From Candidatus Saccharimonadota bacterium (GTDB lineage: Bacteria; Pseudomonadota; Gammaproteobacteria; Enterobacterales; Enterobacteriaceae): a stretch of DNA of 32,000 nucleotides. The notes below the pieces were generated by a model that saw nothing but the letters and a program-made list of their open reading frames with translations, was not told the origin of the DNA and made no database searches. Made by a program: the position numbers and the translations under genes. This document shows positions 20,662-32,000 of this stretch, piece by piece. The DNA is taken from positions 236,408-268,407 of the forward strand of contig CP144768.1 of NCBI GenBank assembly GCA_036689225.1, in the 5' to 3' direction. Within the stretch, counting starts at the first letter, position 1, and each line of letters starts with the position of its first letter.

Positions 20662-23232
20662 ATGTTTAAAAAATATAATTCATTTAATAAAGAAAAGAAA
20701 ATATATAATTATTGAAAAAAAAATAATTTTTTTAATCCAAAAAATAATAATAATAATAATAAAAATAATTTTTCTATAATTATGCCACCTCCTAATATCA
20801 CAGGAAACTTACATATAGGACATGCTTTTCAACAAACTATTATGGATTTAATAGTAAGATATAATAAAATGAATAACAAAAATACACTATGATTAATGGG
20901 AACAGATCATGCAGGTATAGCAACACAAATTCTAGTAGAAAACTACTTAAAAAAAAAAAAAAAATATAAATATTTTTCAAAAAAAAATATAATAAATGAA
21001 ATTTGAAAATGAAAAAAAAAATATGAAAATAAAATAAATAAACAAACCGAATTAATAGGTAGTTCAATATATTGAAAAAAAACATGTTTTTCTTTAGATA
21101 AAAATTTTAAATATGCAGTTAAAAAAGCTTTTATTAAATTATATAATAATAATTTAATATATAAAAAAAAAAAAATAGTATATTGAGATAAAAAAATAAA
21201 AAATTCAATATCTAATTTAGAAATTAATACAAAAAAAAAACTAGTAAAAAAATATTTTATAAAATTTAAAATATTTAAAAAAAATAAATATATAACAATA
21301 TCTACAACAAAACCAGAAAAAATATTATGTATTACAGGAATAATTATAAATAAAGATATAAAAAATAATAATAAATTTATAATAAATCCATTAACTAAAA
21401 AATTAATAAAAATAATAATTAATAAAAAAAATAAAAAAAATAAAAAAAAAATAATTTCAAGTTTTAATAATAAAAATATAAAAATAATAAAAAAAAATAA
21501 ATTAAATATAATTAGTATATTTCAAAATAATGGAAATATTAAAAAAAACATAAAAATATATAATTATAAAAAAAAAAAAATAAAATATTTAAAATTTAAA
21601 AATTTAAAATGAATTAAAAATATAAATTATTTAATAGTTAGAAAAAAAATAATAAAATATTTAAAAAAAAATAATCTATTAAAAAAAATAAAATATAAAT
21701 TAAAAAAAATTAAATATAGCAATAAAACAAATTCTATTATTTTCCCTAAATTAACTAATCAATGATATATAAAAACATCTAAATTATCAAAAAAAGTAAT
21801 TAAAAATATAAAAAATAAAAATATTAAAATATTTCCTAAAAAATATAAAAAATTATTTTTTTATTGAATGAAAAATATAAAAGATTGATGTATATCTCGT
21901 CAAATATATTGAGGACACAAAATTCCAATTTGATATGATTTAAAAGGAAATAAATATATTGGTTATAATATAAAACATATAAAAAAAAAATATCCAAATA
22001 TAAATTATAAAAAATTAAAACAAGATAAAAACATTTTAGATACTTGATTTTCTTCTTCTTTATGAAGTTTTACATCATTAGGATGACCAAAAAAAAAAAA
22101 TAAATTAAATAAATTTCATCCATTAAATTTAGTAATAAGTGGTTTTGATATAATATTATTTTGAATTTGTAAAATGATAATGATGACAACATATTTAATA
22201 AAAAAAAATGGTATACCACAAATACCTTTTAAAAAAATTTTTATTACTGGATTAATAAGAGATGAAAATGGAAAAAAAATGTCAAAATCTTTAGGAAATG
22301 TAATAGAAATTTCTGATTTAATAAAAGGAATATCATTAAAAAAATTAATAAAAAAAAGAACTAAAAATTTATTTAAAAATAATGAAATTAATAAAATAAA
22401 AAAAAATACAAAAAAATTTTTTCCAAATGGAATTAAACCGAATAAAATTGATGTAATAAGATTTACTTTAATATCTATATCTACATCTACATTAAAAATT
22501 AATTTTAACAAAAATAAATTAATTTTTGGCTACAATTATTGTAATAAATTATGAAATGTATGTAAATATATTTTTAAAATAATAAAAATAAACAAAAATT
22601 ATATAAAAAAAAAAATAAAAATTAAAAAATTATTATTAATAGAAAAATGAATTTTATATAAATTTAATAAATTAATTATTAATTATCATAAAAATATAAA
22701 ATTATTTAAATTTAATATACTAATTGAAAATATTTTTAAATTTTTAAAAAATTATTTTTGTGATTGATATATAGAATCTTGCAAATTTAAAAAATTAAAT
22801 AATAATAATAAATTATTATTAATATATATAATTAATAATTTTTTAAAATTATCTCATCCAATAACACCATTTATTACAGAATATATATGAATAAATAATT
22901 ATAAAAATTCTATTTTAGAAAAAAAAATTCCAAATATAAAATATAAAATAAATAATTTTAAAAAATACAAATTAATATTTAATATATTTAAAAAAATAAT
23001 TTTTTTAATAAGAAATTTTAAAAAAAAAAATAAAATAAAAAAAATTAATATTATATATATATTAAATTTAAACTTAATATATAAAAATATTTTAATAAAA
23101 AATAAATATTTATTCAAATTAATAAATATAAAAAAAATATATTTTTTTAAAAAAAAAAATTTTTTAAAATTTTATAAAAATAAAAATATTATATTTTTAG
23201 TAAATAAATTATATATATATATAAGCGAGTAA
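20662..23232 (+). CDS. valS: Valyl-tRNA synthetase
   Basis: I translated the whole gene by hand in one frame from ATG 20662-20664: ...[53 protein letters not shown]..., [112 protein letters not shown]. There is no TAA or TAG until 23230-23232, giving 856 aa, and there are many TGA=Trp codons. Track ORF 22174..22554 is an internal fragment. Confidence 0.93.
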
Positions 23233-23294
23233 CGGGATTTGAACCCGTATCTTTAGTTTGGAAAACTAAAATAATACCTTTATAAAATACTCGC
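23224..23294 (-). tRNA. tRNA-Gly (anticodon UCC), A/T-eroded D arm
   Basis: The reverse complement is GCGAGTA-TTTTATAAAGGTATTAT-TTTAGT-TTTCCAA-ACTAAA-GAT-ACGGG-TTCAAAT-CCCGT-TACTCGC-T, 71 nt. The acceptor, anticodon and T arms are good, but the D arm pairs only weakly. Confidence 0.8.
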
Positions 23295-23307
23295 AAAATA
23301 TATTTAA

Positions 23308-23391
23308 TGGTAGGAGAAGGATTCGAACCTTCGAAGTTATTATAACAACAGATTTACAGTCTGCCCCCTTTAACCACTCGGGAATCCCACC
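23308..23391 (-). tRNA. tRNA-Tyr (anticodon GUA), long variable arm
   Basis: The reverse complement is GGTGGGATTCCCGAGTGGTTAAAGGGGGCAGACTGTAAATCTGTTGTTATAATAACTTCGAAGGTTCGAATCCTTCTCCTACCA, 84 nt. It is nearly collinear with E. coli tRNA-Tyr as I recall it. Confidence 0.9.
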
Positions 23392-23421
23392 TAATATTAC
23401 ATTATTATATATAAATATTAA

Positions 23422-23494
<73 letters not shown>

Positions 23495-23498
23495 AAAA

Positions 23499-23571
23499 TG
23501 GAATTAAGCGGATTTGAACCGCTAACCTTCTGATTGCAAAACAGATGCTCTACCATTTGAGCTATAACCCC
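23499..23571 (-). tRNA. tRNA-Ala (anticodon UGC)
   Basis: The reverse complement is GGGGTTA-TA-GCTC-AAATGGTA-GAGC-A-TCTGT-TTTGCAA-TCAGA-AGGTT-AGCGG-TTCAAAT-CCGCT-TAATTCC-A, 73 nt. The G3:U70 alanine identity pair is present. Confidence 0.9.
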
Positions 23572-23575
23572 AAAT

Positions 23576-23815
23576 TTACAAAACTACAATAATTATTTTA
23601 TCACAAACACATTTTAAAAAACCTTTATATATAAATATATCATAAATTTTTTTTTTATATACATATATATAACATTTTTTTAAAATAGTAATTAATGGAC
23701 AATGATTTTTATAAATTTCAAAATTTCCATAAAAATTACATATTTTAATAAATTTAATTTCTTTATACTTAAATAAAAATTTATATTTTGAAAAAACTAA
23801 CATTTTTAAATTCAT
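23576..23815 (-). CDS. atpC: ATP synthase F1 epsilon subunit, N-terminal beta-sandwich domain only
   Basis: The 79 aa sequence ...FSKYKFLFKYKEIKFIKICNFYGNFEIYKNHCPLITILKKCYIYVYKK...IFIYKGFLKCVCDKIIIVVL is collinear with residues 1 to about 85 of epsilon (GExGIxPGHxPLxxxL ... GGxxEVxxxxVTVLA). It ends at a genuine TAA (23576-23578). It is the last gene of the atp cluster. Confidence 0.85.
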   Translation of the reverse strand: MNLKMLVFSKYKFLFKYKEIKFIKICNFYGNFEIYKNHCPLITILKKCYIYVYKKKIYDIFIYKGFLKCVCDKIIIVVL

Positions 23816-23832
23816 AAAATATATTATTATAA

Positions 23833-25230
<1,398 letters not shown>

Positions 25231-25236
25231 TTAATT

Positions 25237-26085
25237 TTAATTTAAAAAAGATATTATTTCTATTATTTCTTTAGTAATATTAAATTGACGTAATTTATTA
25301 TAACTTAAATTAAATTTTTTAGATAAATTATTAGAATTTAAAGATGAATTTTTCATTATAAAAATTCTATTAAAATATTCACATATCATATTATTTAATA
25401 TATAAAAATATATATTTGAATTTATATATTCAAATAATATTTTTTTAAATAAAAAAAATTTATTATTTTCATAAATATATTCTTTTTTTATATTATTATT
25501 ATTAATATTTATTAATGGTAATATTGAAAAAATATTTAATTTACATATATTTTTTTTTAATATATTACTAAATATAAATACTTTACTATATTTATATTTT
25601 TTATAAAATATTAATATATTATATGTTATATATTTTTTAATTTTATTAATTATATTTGATATAAAATATGTTTTTAAAATATTAAATTTTATACTATTTA
25701 ATTTTAATAAACTAATTAATAAATCATATTTTTTACCTATAATAATAAAATTAATATTTTTAAATAAAAAATTATTATTTTTTATATGACTAATTATATT
25801 TTTATACAAATTTATATTTAAATTACCACATAAACCTTTATTAGTTAAAATAATTACATATAAAATATTTTTTAAAACAATATTATTTTTAAATAAAAAA
25901 TAATCATTATAAATATCTATATCATAGATTATTTCATCAAAAAAATTTTTATATATATTAGAAAAAAATAATTTTTTATATAAAATTTTATATTTTAATA
26001 TAGAAATATTTTCCATAGATTTAGTAATTTTATATATATAATTAGTAATATTAATTTTATTTTTTAAATTATTTTTATTTATCAA
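25237..26085 (-). CDS. atpG: ATP synthase F1 gamma subunit (TTG start)
   Basis: The N-terminus (M)INKNNLKNKINITNYIYKITKSMENIS aligns with gamma (IRxKIxSVxNTQKITKAMEMV), and the C-terminus is LSYNKLRQFNITKEIIEIIS. There is no in-frame ATG upstream of the conserved N-terminus. The TTG at 26083-26085 is preceded by GGAGAA. Confidence 0.88.
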   Translation of the reverse strand: MINKNNLKNKINITNYIYKITKSMENISILKYKILYKKLFFSNIYKNFFDEIIYDIDIYNDYFLFKNNIVLKNILYVIILTNKGLCGNLNINLYKNIISHIKNNNFLFKNINFIIIGKKYDLLISLLKLNSIKFNILKTYFISNIINKIKKYITYNILIFYKKYKYSKVFIFSNILKKNICKLNIFSILPLININNNNIKKEYIYENNKFFLFKKILFEYINSNIYFYILNNMICEYFNRIFIMKNSSLNSNNLSKKFNLSYNKLRQFNITKEIIEIISFLN

Positions 26086-26091
26086 TATAAA

Positions 26092-26097
26092 TTCTCC
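26092..26097 (-). promoter_or_regulatory. Shine-Dalgarno GGAGAA upstream of the atpG TTG start
   Basis: Plus-strand ttctcc at 26092-26097 reads GGAGAA on the mRNA, 6 nt upstream of TTG (26083-26085), in the 21-nt atpA-atpG spacer. Confidence 0.55.
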
Positions 26098-26106
26098 AAA
26101 ATATTT

Positions 26107-27660
26107 TTATATATTTCAATTATATTTTTTTTTAAATCTACAAATAATTTTTTTTAATTTATCAATAATATTAATATTTAAAATACCATATTTATTTATT
26201 TTTTTTTTTAAAGAAAAAAACTTATTTTTAGTAAATTCAAATAATTGATTTTCAAAAAAATAAATATCTTTAATTTTAATATTATCTAAATAACCAAATT
26301 TTAAAGAAAAAAATATTAGAACTTGTTTAAATAAAGATAGAGGACTATATTGTTTTTGTTTTAAAATTTCAACTATTTTTTTACCATAATTTAATTGATC
26401 ATTTATACTTTTATCTAATTCAGAAGAAAATTTAGAAAATTTTAATATTTCATAATATTGACATAATAAACTTTTTAAAGAACTAGATAATTTTTTCATT
26501 ATATCAGTTTGAGCAGATGAACCAATACGTGAAATAGAAATACCAGGATTAATAGATGGTTTAATATTAGAATTAAATAAATCAGATTCTAAAAATATTT
26601 GTCCATCAGTAATAGAAATTATATTAGTAGGAATAAAAGAAGAAATATCTCCTTCATAAGTTTCTACTATAGGTAAAGATGTTAAAGATCCACAAACATC
26701 ATCTTTTTTATAATTTTTATTATATTTTTTAATAAAATCAAAATTAACATATGCACATCTTTCTAATAATCTAGAATGTAAATAAAAAATATCTCCTGGA
26801 TATGCTTCTCTTCCAGGAAAACGACGTAATAAAAGAGAAATTTGACGATATGAAATAGCATGTTTAGATAAATCATCATATACTATTAATACATCATTCC
26901 CATAATTTCTAAAATATTCTGCTATAGAACATGCAGAATAAGGACTTATATATTGAAAAATAGAACTTTCTGAAGAAGAAGCAACCACAATACAAGTATA
27001 TTTTAAAGAATCATAATATTCTAATTTTTTAACTATATTAATAATAGAAGATAATTTTTGTCCTATAGAAACATATATACATTTAACATTTAAATTACGT
27101 TGATTAATAATAATATCTATAGCTAAACTAGTTTTACCAGTTTTTCTATTTCCTATAATTAATTCTCTTTGACCTAAACCTATAGGTATAATACTATCAA
27201 TAAATTTATAACCAGTATATAAAGGTCTATTAATAAATCGTCTATCTATTATTTCAGGACATTTATATTCTACAGGATAATAATCATCATTAATTATATC
27301 ACCTTTACCATCTATTGGTATTCCTAAAAAATTTACAATTCTACCTAACATATTTTTTCCTACAGGAACACTCAATCTTTTACCAGTACTTTTAACTTTC
27401 ATTCCAACTTTTAAATACATATTAGAAACTAATGATATTGCATTAACAACATATTCATCTAAATCAAAAACTAAAGCATATCCAATATTATCTGGAAATT
27501 CAATCAATTCATTTAAAAATACTTTAGACAAACCAGAAATTTTTATTATTCCATCAATTATAGAAATAACTTTACCTTCATAATAAATATCAATTTCATT
27601 TTTTAATTTAAATATTTTTTTTTGAATCAATTTATTAATTTTTCTTAAATAAAATGACAT
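26107..27660 (-). CDS. atpA: ATP synthase F1 alpha subunit
   Basis: The Walker A motif GNRKTGKTSLAID is present, with IYVSIGQK and FYLHSRLLER. Track ORF 26116..27660 ends at TGA. With TGA=Trp, three more codons (W-N-I) lead to TAA at 26107-26109. E. coli alpha also has a Trp at its extreme C-terminus. Confidence 0.97.
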
Positions 27661-27670
27661 TTTATTCTCT

Positions 27671-28219
27671 TTAATTATTATTATTAAAAATAAATTTTAT
27701 ACTTTCAATTAAACTAGCATTAATAACAAAATTATTTATATAAATTTTAAAACCAGCAATAAGTTCTTTATTTTTTTTAAATATATATATTTTTTTTTTG
27801 TTATAAAAAAATTTATTAATTATTTTTTTTATAAAGAAAATATTTTTATTATTAATAAAATAACTACTATATATTTTTATATATATAATATTTTTATATT
27901 TCATATATAAATAAATAAAATTTTTATATATTAAATAAAAATATGAAAATATTTTTTTTTCTAATATATTTTCTATAAAATTTTTCATAAAAATATCTAT
28001 TTTAATTTTATTAATAAAAAATATACTATATATTTCTTTTAAACATTTTTTTTTATTTAATAAAAAAAAATTTATTCATATTTGTTTTTTAGTTATTATT
28101 AATAATATTTTAAAAAATTTTTTTCATAAAATAATTTTTTTTTTATATTTACTATTATTAAAAAAATTTAATAAATAATAAGAATAAATTAATGATTTAT
28201 AATAAATATTTATCATATA
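27671..28219 (-). CDS. atpH: ATP synthase F1 delta subunit (start codon uncertain, non-ATG)
   Basis: Track ORF 27671..27988 is the C-terminal half (ELIAGFKIYINNFVINASLIESIKF, compare SLIGGxxIxxGDxVIDGSVxxxLxxL). In the same frame upstream, across two TGA codons, I read ...YKSLIYSYYLLNFFNNSKYKKKIILWKKFFKILLII, which aligns with the delta N-terminus (ARPYAKAAFDFA...ERW). The frame is closed by TAA at 28220-22, so the start must lie at or below 28219, where only ATA, ATT or TTA codons are available. Confidence 0.75.
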
Positions 28220-28233
28220 TTTAAAAACTAAAT

Positions 28234-28704
28234 TTTATATTTTTTTAATAATTCATTTATATAATCATTATTTAATTTTTTATTAAAATTATTTTTTGTT
28301 ATTTTAATTAACATATTATTTAATATATAATTAATATTTTTATAAAAATCATTATACATAATTTTTTTCTCATTTTTAATTTTTATTCTATTATTAGATA
28401 ATATTTTTTTATATTTTTTAAAAGCTTTTTTTTTTGTATTATCTATAATAGATTTACTTTTTTTATTAGCTTCTAAAATAATAAAAGAAGATATTTTTTT
28501 ATTTTTATCAATTATTTTATTTATTCTATTTTTTAAAATTAAAATTATTCTTTTAATTTTTTTTATTTTATTATATTCTGATAAAATATTTTCTTTTCTT
28601 TTATTAATTTTTTTATTTAAATAAGGTCAAATATATTTTTTACAAAATATTAAATAAAAAATAAAAATTATAATTTGAACTATAAAAGTAATATTTATTT
28701 CCAT
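28234..28704 (-). CDS. atpF: ATP synthase F0 b subunit
   Basis: This gene is absent from the ORF track. From ATG 28702-28704 I read MEINITFIVQIIIFIFYLIFCKKYIWPYLNKKINKRKENI..., collinear with E. coli b ([24 protein letters not shown]). The Trp is a TGA. The stop is TAA at 28234-28236, giving 156 aa, the same length as E. coli b. Confidence 0.88.
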
Positions 28705-28709
28705 AATAA

Positions 28710-29784
<1,075 letters not shown>

Positions 29785-29821
29785 ATATTTTATTAATTAA
29801 AAAATTATATAATAATATATA

Positions 29822-31693
29822 TTATATATTATTAATAATTTTATTTTTTTTTATATATATTAAAATAGATATAATTGATGCTGGAGTAATCCCTGATATT
29901 TTATAAATATCACTTAAATATTTAAATTTATAATTTATTAATTTTTTTTTTATTTCGTTAGATAAACCATTAATTAAATTATAATCTAAATTTTTAGGCA
30001 TAATTATTTTTTTATAAAAATTTAATCTATTTATTTCTAATTTTTGTTTATTTAAATATCCATTATACTTAATAAGTATTTCAGTTTCTTCTAAAAATTT
30101 TTTTTTTATATTATTAAAATTAAAATTATTTATAATTTTTTTTAATGAAATAGAATAATTACATATTAATGATTTTATACTTATTTCATTTTTAATTTTT
30201 TTATTAATATAAAATTTATTTAAAATATTTTTAGAAAAATATTTTATATTTATTTTTTTATTTTTAAAATAATTATAATTATTATTAATAATATTCATTT
30301 TATTTAAAAAAAAATTTCATTTATTTTTACTTATTAAATTTAATTTATATCCATAAGGAGTTAATCTATAATCAGCATTATCTTCTCTTAAAAATAATCT
30401 ATATTCAGATCTTGAAGTAAACATTCTATATGGTTCATCTACTCCTTTATTACATAAATCATCTATCATTACACCTATATAAGAATTTAATCTATCAAAT
30501 ATAAAATTTGATTTACCTATAATTTTTAATCCAGAATTTATTCCAGCTACTAATCCTTGAGCTGCAGCTTCTTCATATCCTGTAGTACCATTAATTTGTC
30601 CAGCAAAAAATAAATTTTTTATAATTTTACTTTCTAAAGTTAATTTTAAATTTTTAGGATTAAAAAACATATATTCAACTGCATATCCAGGTTTAATTAT
30701 TTTAGCATTTTCTAATCCCTTTATAGTATGAATAAATTTATTTTGTATATTAATAGGTAAACTTGTAGATATCCCATTAGGATAAATTGTATTACTATAT
30801 AATCCTTCTTTTTCTAAAAATATATGATGTTCATTTTTATAAGGAAAATTTACTATTTTATCTTCTATTGAAGGACAATATCTAGGTCCTATACCAATTA
30901 TTTTACCATTATATAATGGACTACTTCTTAAATTATTTTTTATTATTTTATGAGTCTCTTTATTAGTATATGTTATATAACATTTAATTTGTGGTAATTT
31001 ATTATATTTTTTTAAAATACTAAAAAAAGAAAAATAATTAATTTTATTACTTTTTTGTTTTTCTAAATATTTATAATTTATAGAATTTTTATGTATTCTT
31101 GGAGGAGTACCAGTTTTAAAATATTTAAAATCAAATTTATATTTTTTAAAAAATTTTGGTAATTTTATAGAAGAATGATCATTTATTCTTCCTCCTCTTT
31201 CAATTTTATTACCTATAAAAATTTTAGAATTTAAAAAAGTACCAGTAGTTAATATAACTATATTAGTATATATTTTTTTTTTTAATGTTATAACACCTTC
31301 AATTGTATTATTATTAATAATTAAATCTATAACTTCATCTTGATATATAGTAATATTTTTTCTTTTACTTATAATATAATAGGAATTATATTTATATAAT
31401 TTTTTATCTATTTGAACTCTAGTAGATTGTACAGCTTTACCTTTACTTAAATTTAAAATTTTATATTGTATACTAGATAAATCTGCTAATCTTGCCATTA
31501 ATCCACCTAATGCATCTATTTCTTTTACTAAATGACTTTTACCTAAACCTCCAATAGAAGGATTACATGACATTGTTCCAATATTTTTAATATTACAAGT
31601 AATTAATAATACATTTTTTACTATTTTAGAAGATATATAACTTGCTTCTATACCAGCATGTCCTCCTCCAATTATAATTATATCAAAAAACAT
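29822..31693 (-). CDS. mnmG: tRNA uridine 5-carboxymethylaminomethyl modification enzyme MnmG (GidA)
   Basis: Track ORF 30317..31693 has the FAD-binding N-terminus (FDIIIIGGGHAGIEAS and GQINGTTGYEEAAAQGL). Track ORF 29822..30298 is the C-terminal domain (EILIKYNGYLNKQKLEI...LDYNLINGLSNEIKKKL...ISGITPASIISILIYIKK). They are in the same frame, joined by a TGA at 30317-30319 that aligns with a conserved Trp. Length is 623 aa. Confidence 0.95.
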
Positions 31694-32000
31694 ATTAACC
31701 TTTTTAATAATTAAAGAAATTTAAACTTATTATATTACATAATTTTAATATTTAAAATAGTTTTATATTTTTTTTTTTAAAAAAAAAAATAAAAATATAT
31801 TGTTTTAATAAAAAAAATGAATTATAATTTTATAACTTTTTAATATTAAAGAAAATTAGAAATTATATTTAAAATAAAGAAATTTTATGAATAAAAAAAA
31901 GTTTTTATAATAGATAGTAATATATATATATATAAATCTTTTTATGCAATAAATTATAAAAAAAATATTATTAATTTTAAAAAATCATTTAAAATATTTT

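Noticed and set aside
20840-23117. Minus-strand ORFs 20840..21085, 22116..22511 and 22899..23117.
   Set aside because: They lie antisense to valS, whose frame I verified codon by codon. They are poly-F/I/L artefacts of the complement of an A-rich coding strand.
28213-28215. ATG as the atpH start codon.
   Set aside because: It is out of frame with the delta-homologous reading frame and terminates at TAA after 8 codons.

Overview
This window comes from an extremely AT-rich, highly reduced bacterial genome. Gene content and order are proteobacterial and look like an obligate insect endosymbiont. A Zinderia-type betaproteobacterial symbiont is my best guess, but I cannot verify that without a database search. 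The organism reads TGA as Trp (translation table 4), so the supplied standard-code ORF track splits 20 of the genes into pieces or misses them (hspQ, trxA and atpB are absent from it). After re-joining ORFs across in-frame TGA codons, which fall at conserved Trp positions, I call 32 protein-coding genes and 9 tRNA genes, nearly all housekeeping. In order they are: dnaE (5' part), skp, bamA, uppS, frr, rpoD, dnaG, rpsU, tsaD, cca, rpoZ, metG, tRNA-Pro, tRNA-His, rho, trxA, hspQ, acpS, rplY, tRNA-Lys, tilS, proS, hinT, tRNA-Ile, tRNA-Trp, an Nfu-domain protein, efp, valS, tRNA-Gly/Tyr/Thr/Ala, atpCDGAHFEB and mnmG. Intergenic spacers are mostly 0-40 nt and some genes overlap, but three spacers of about 300-455 nt are almost pure A/T. 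I found no mobile elements, CRISPR arrays, defence, secretion or secondary-metabolite loci, and I do not see an undescribed multi-gene system. The points worth a second look concern decoding and genome erosion. All Trp codons seen are UGA, yet the only tRNA-Trp here has a CCA anticodon with an A at D-stem position 24. tRNAs are embedded in long co-oriented gene blocks. rpoD, atpC and metG are truncated. atpH and atpG lack ATG starts. Some genes overlap convergent neighbours. Ancestral gene order is kept as a skeleton with clean deletions.
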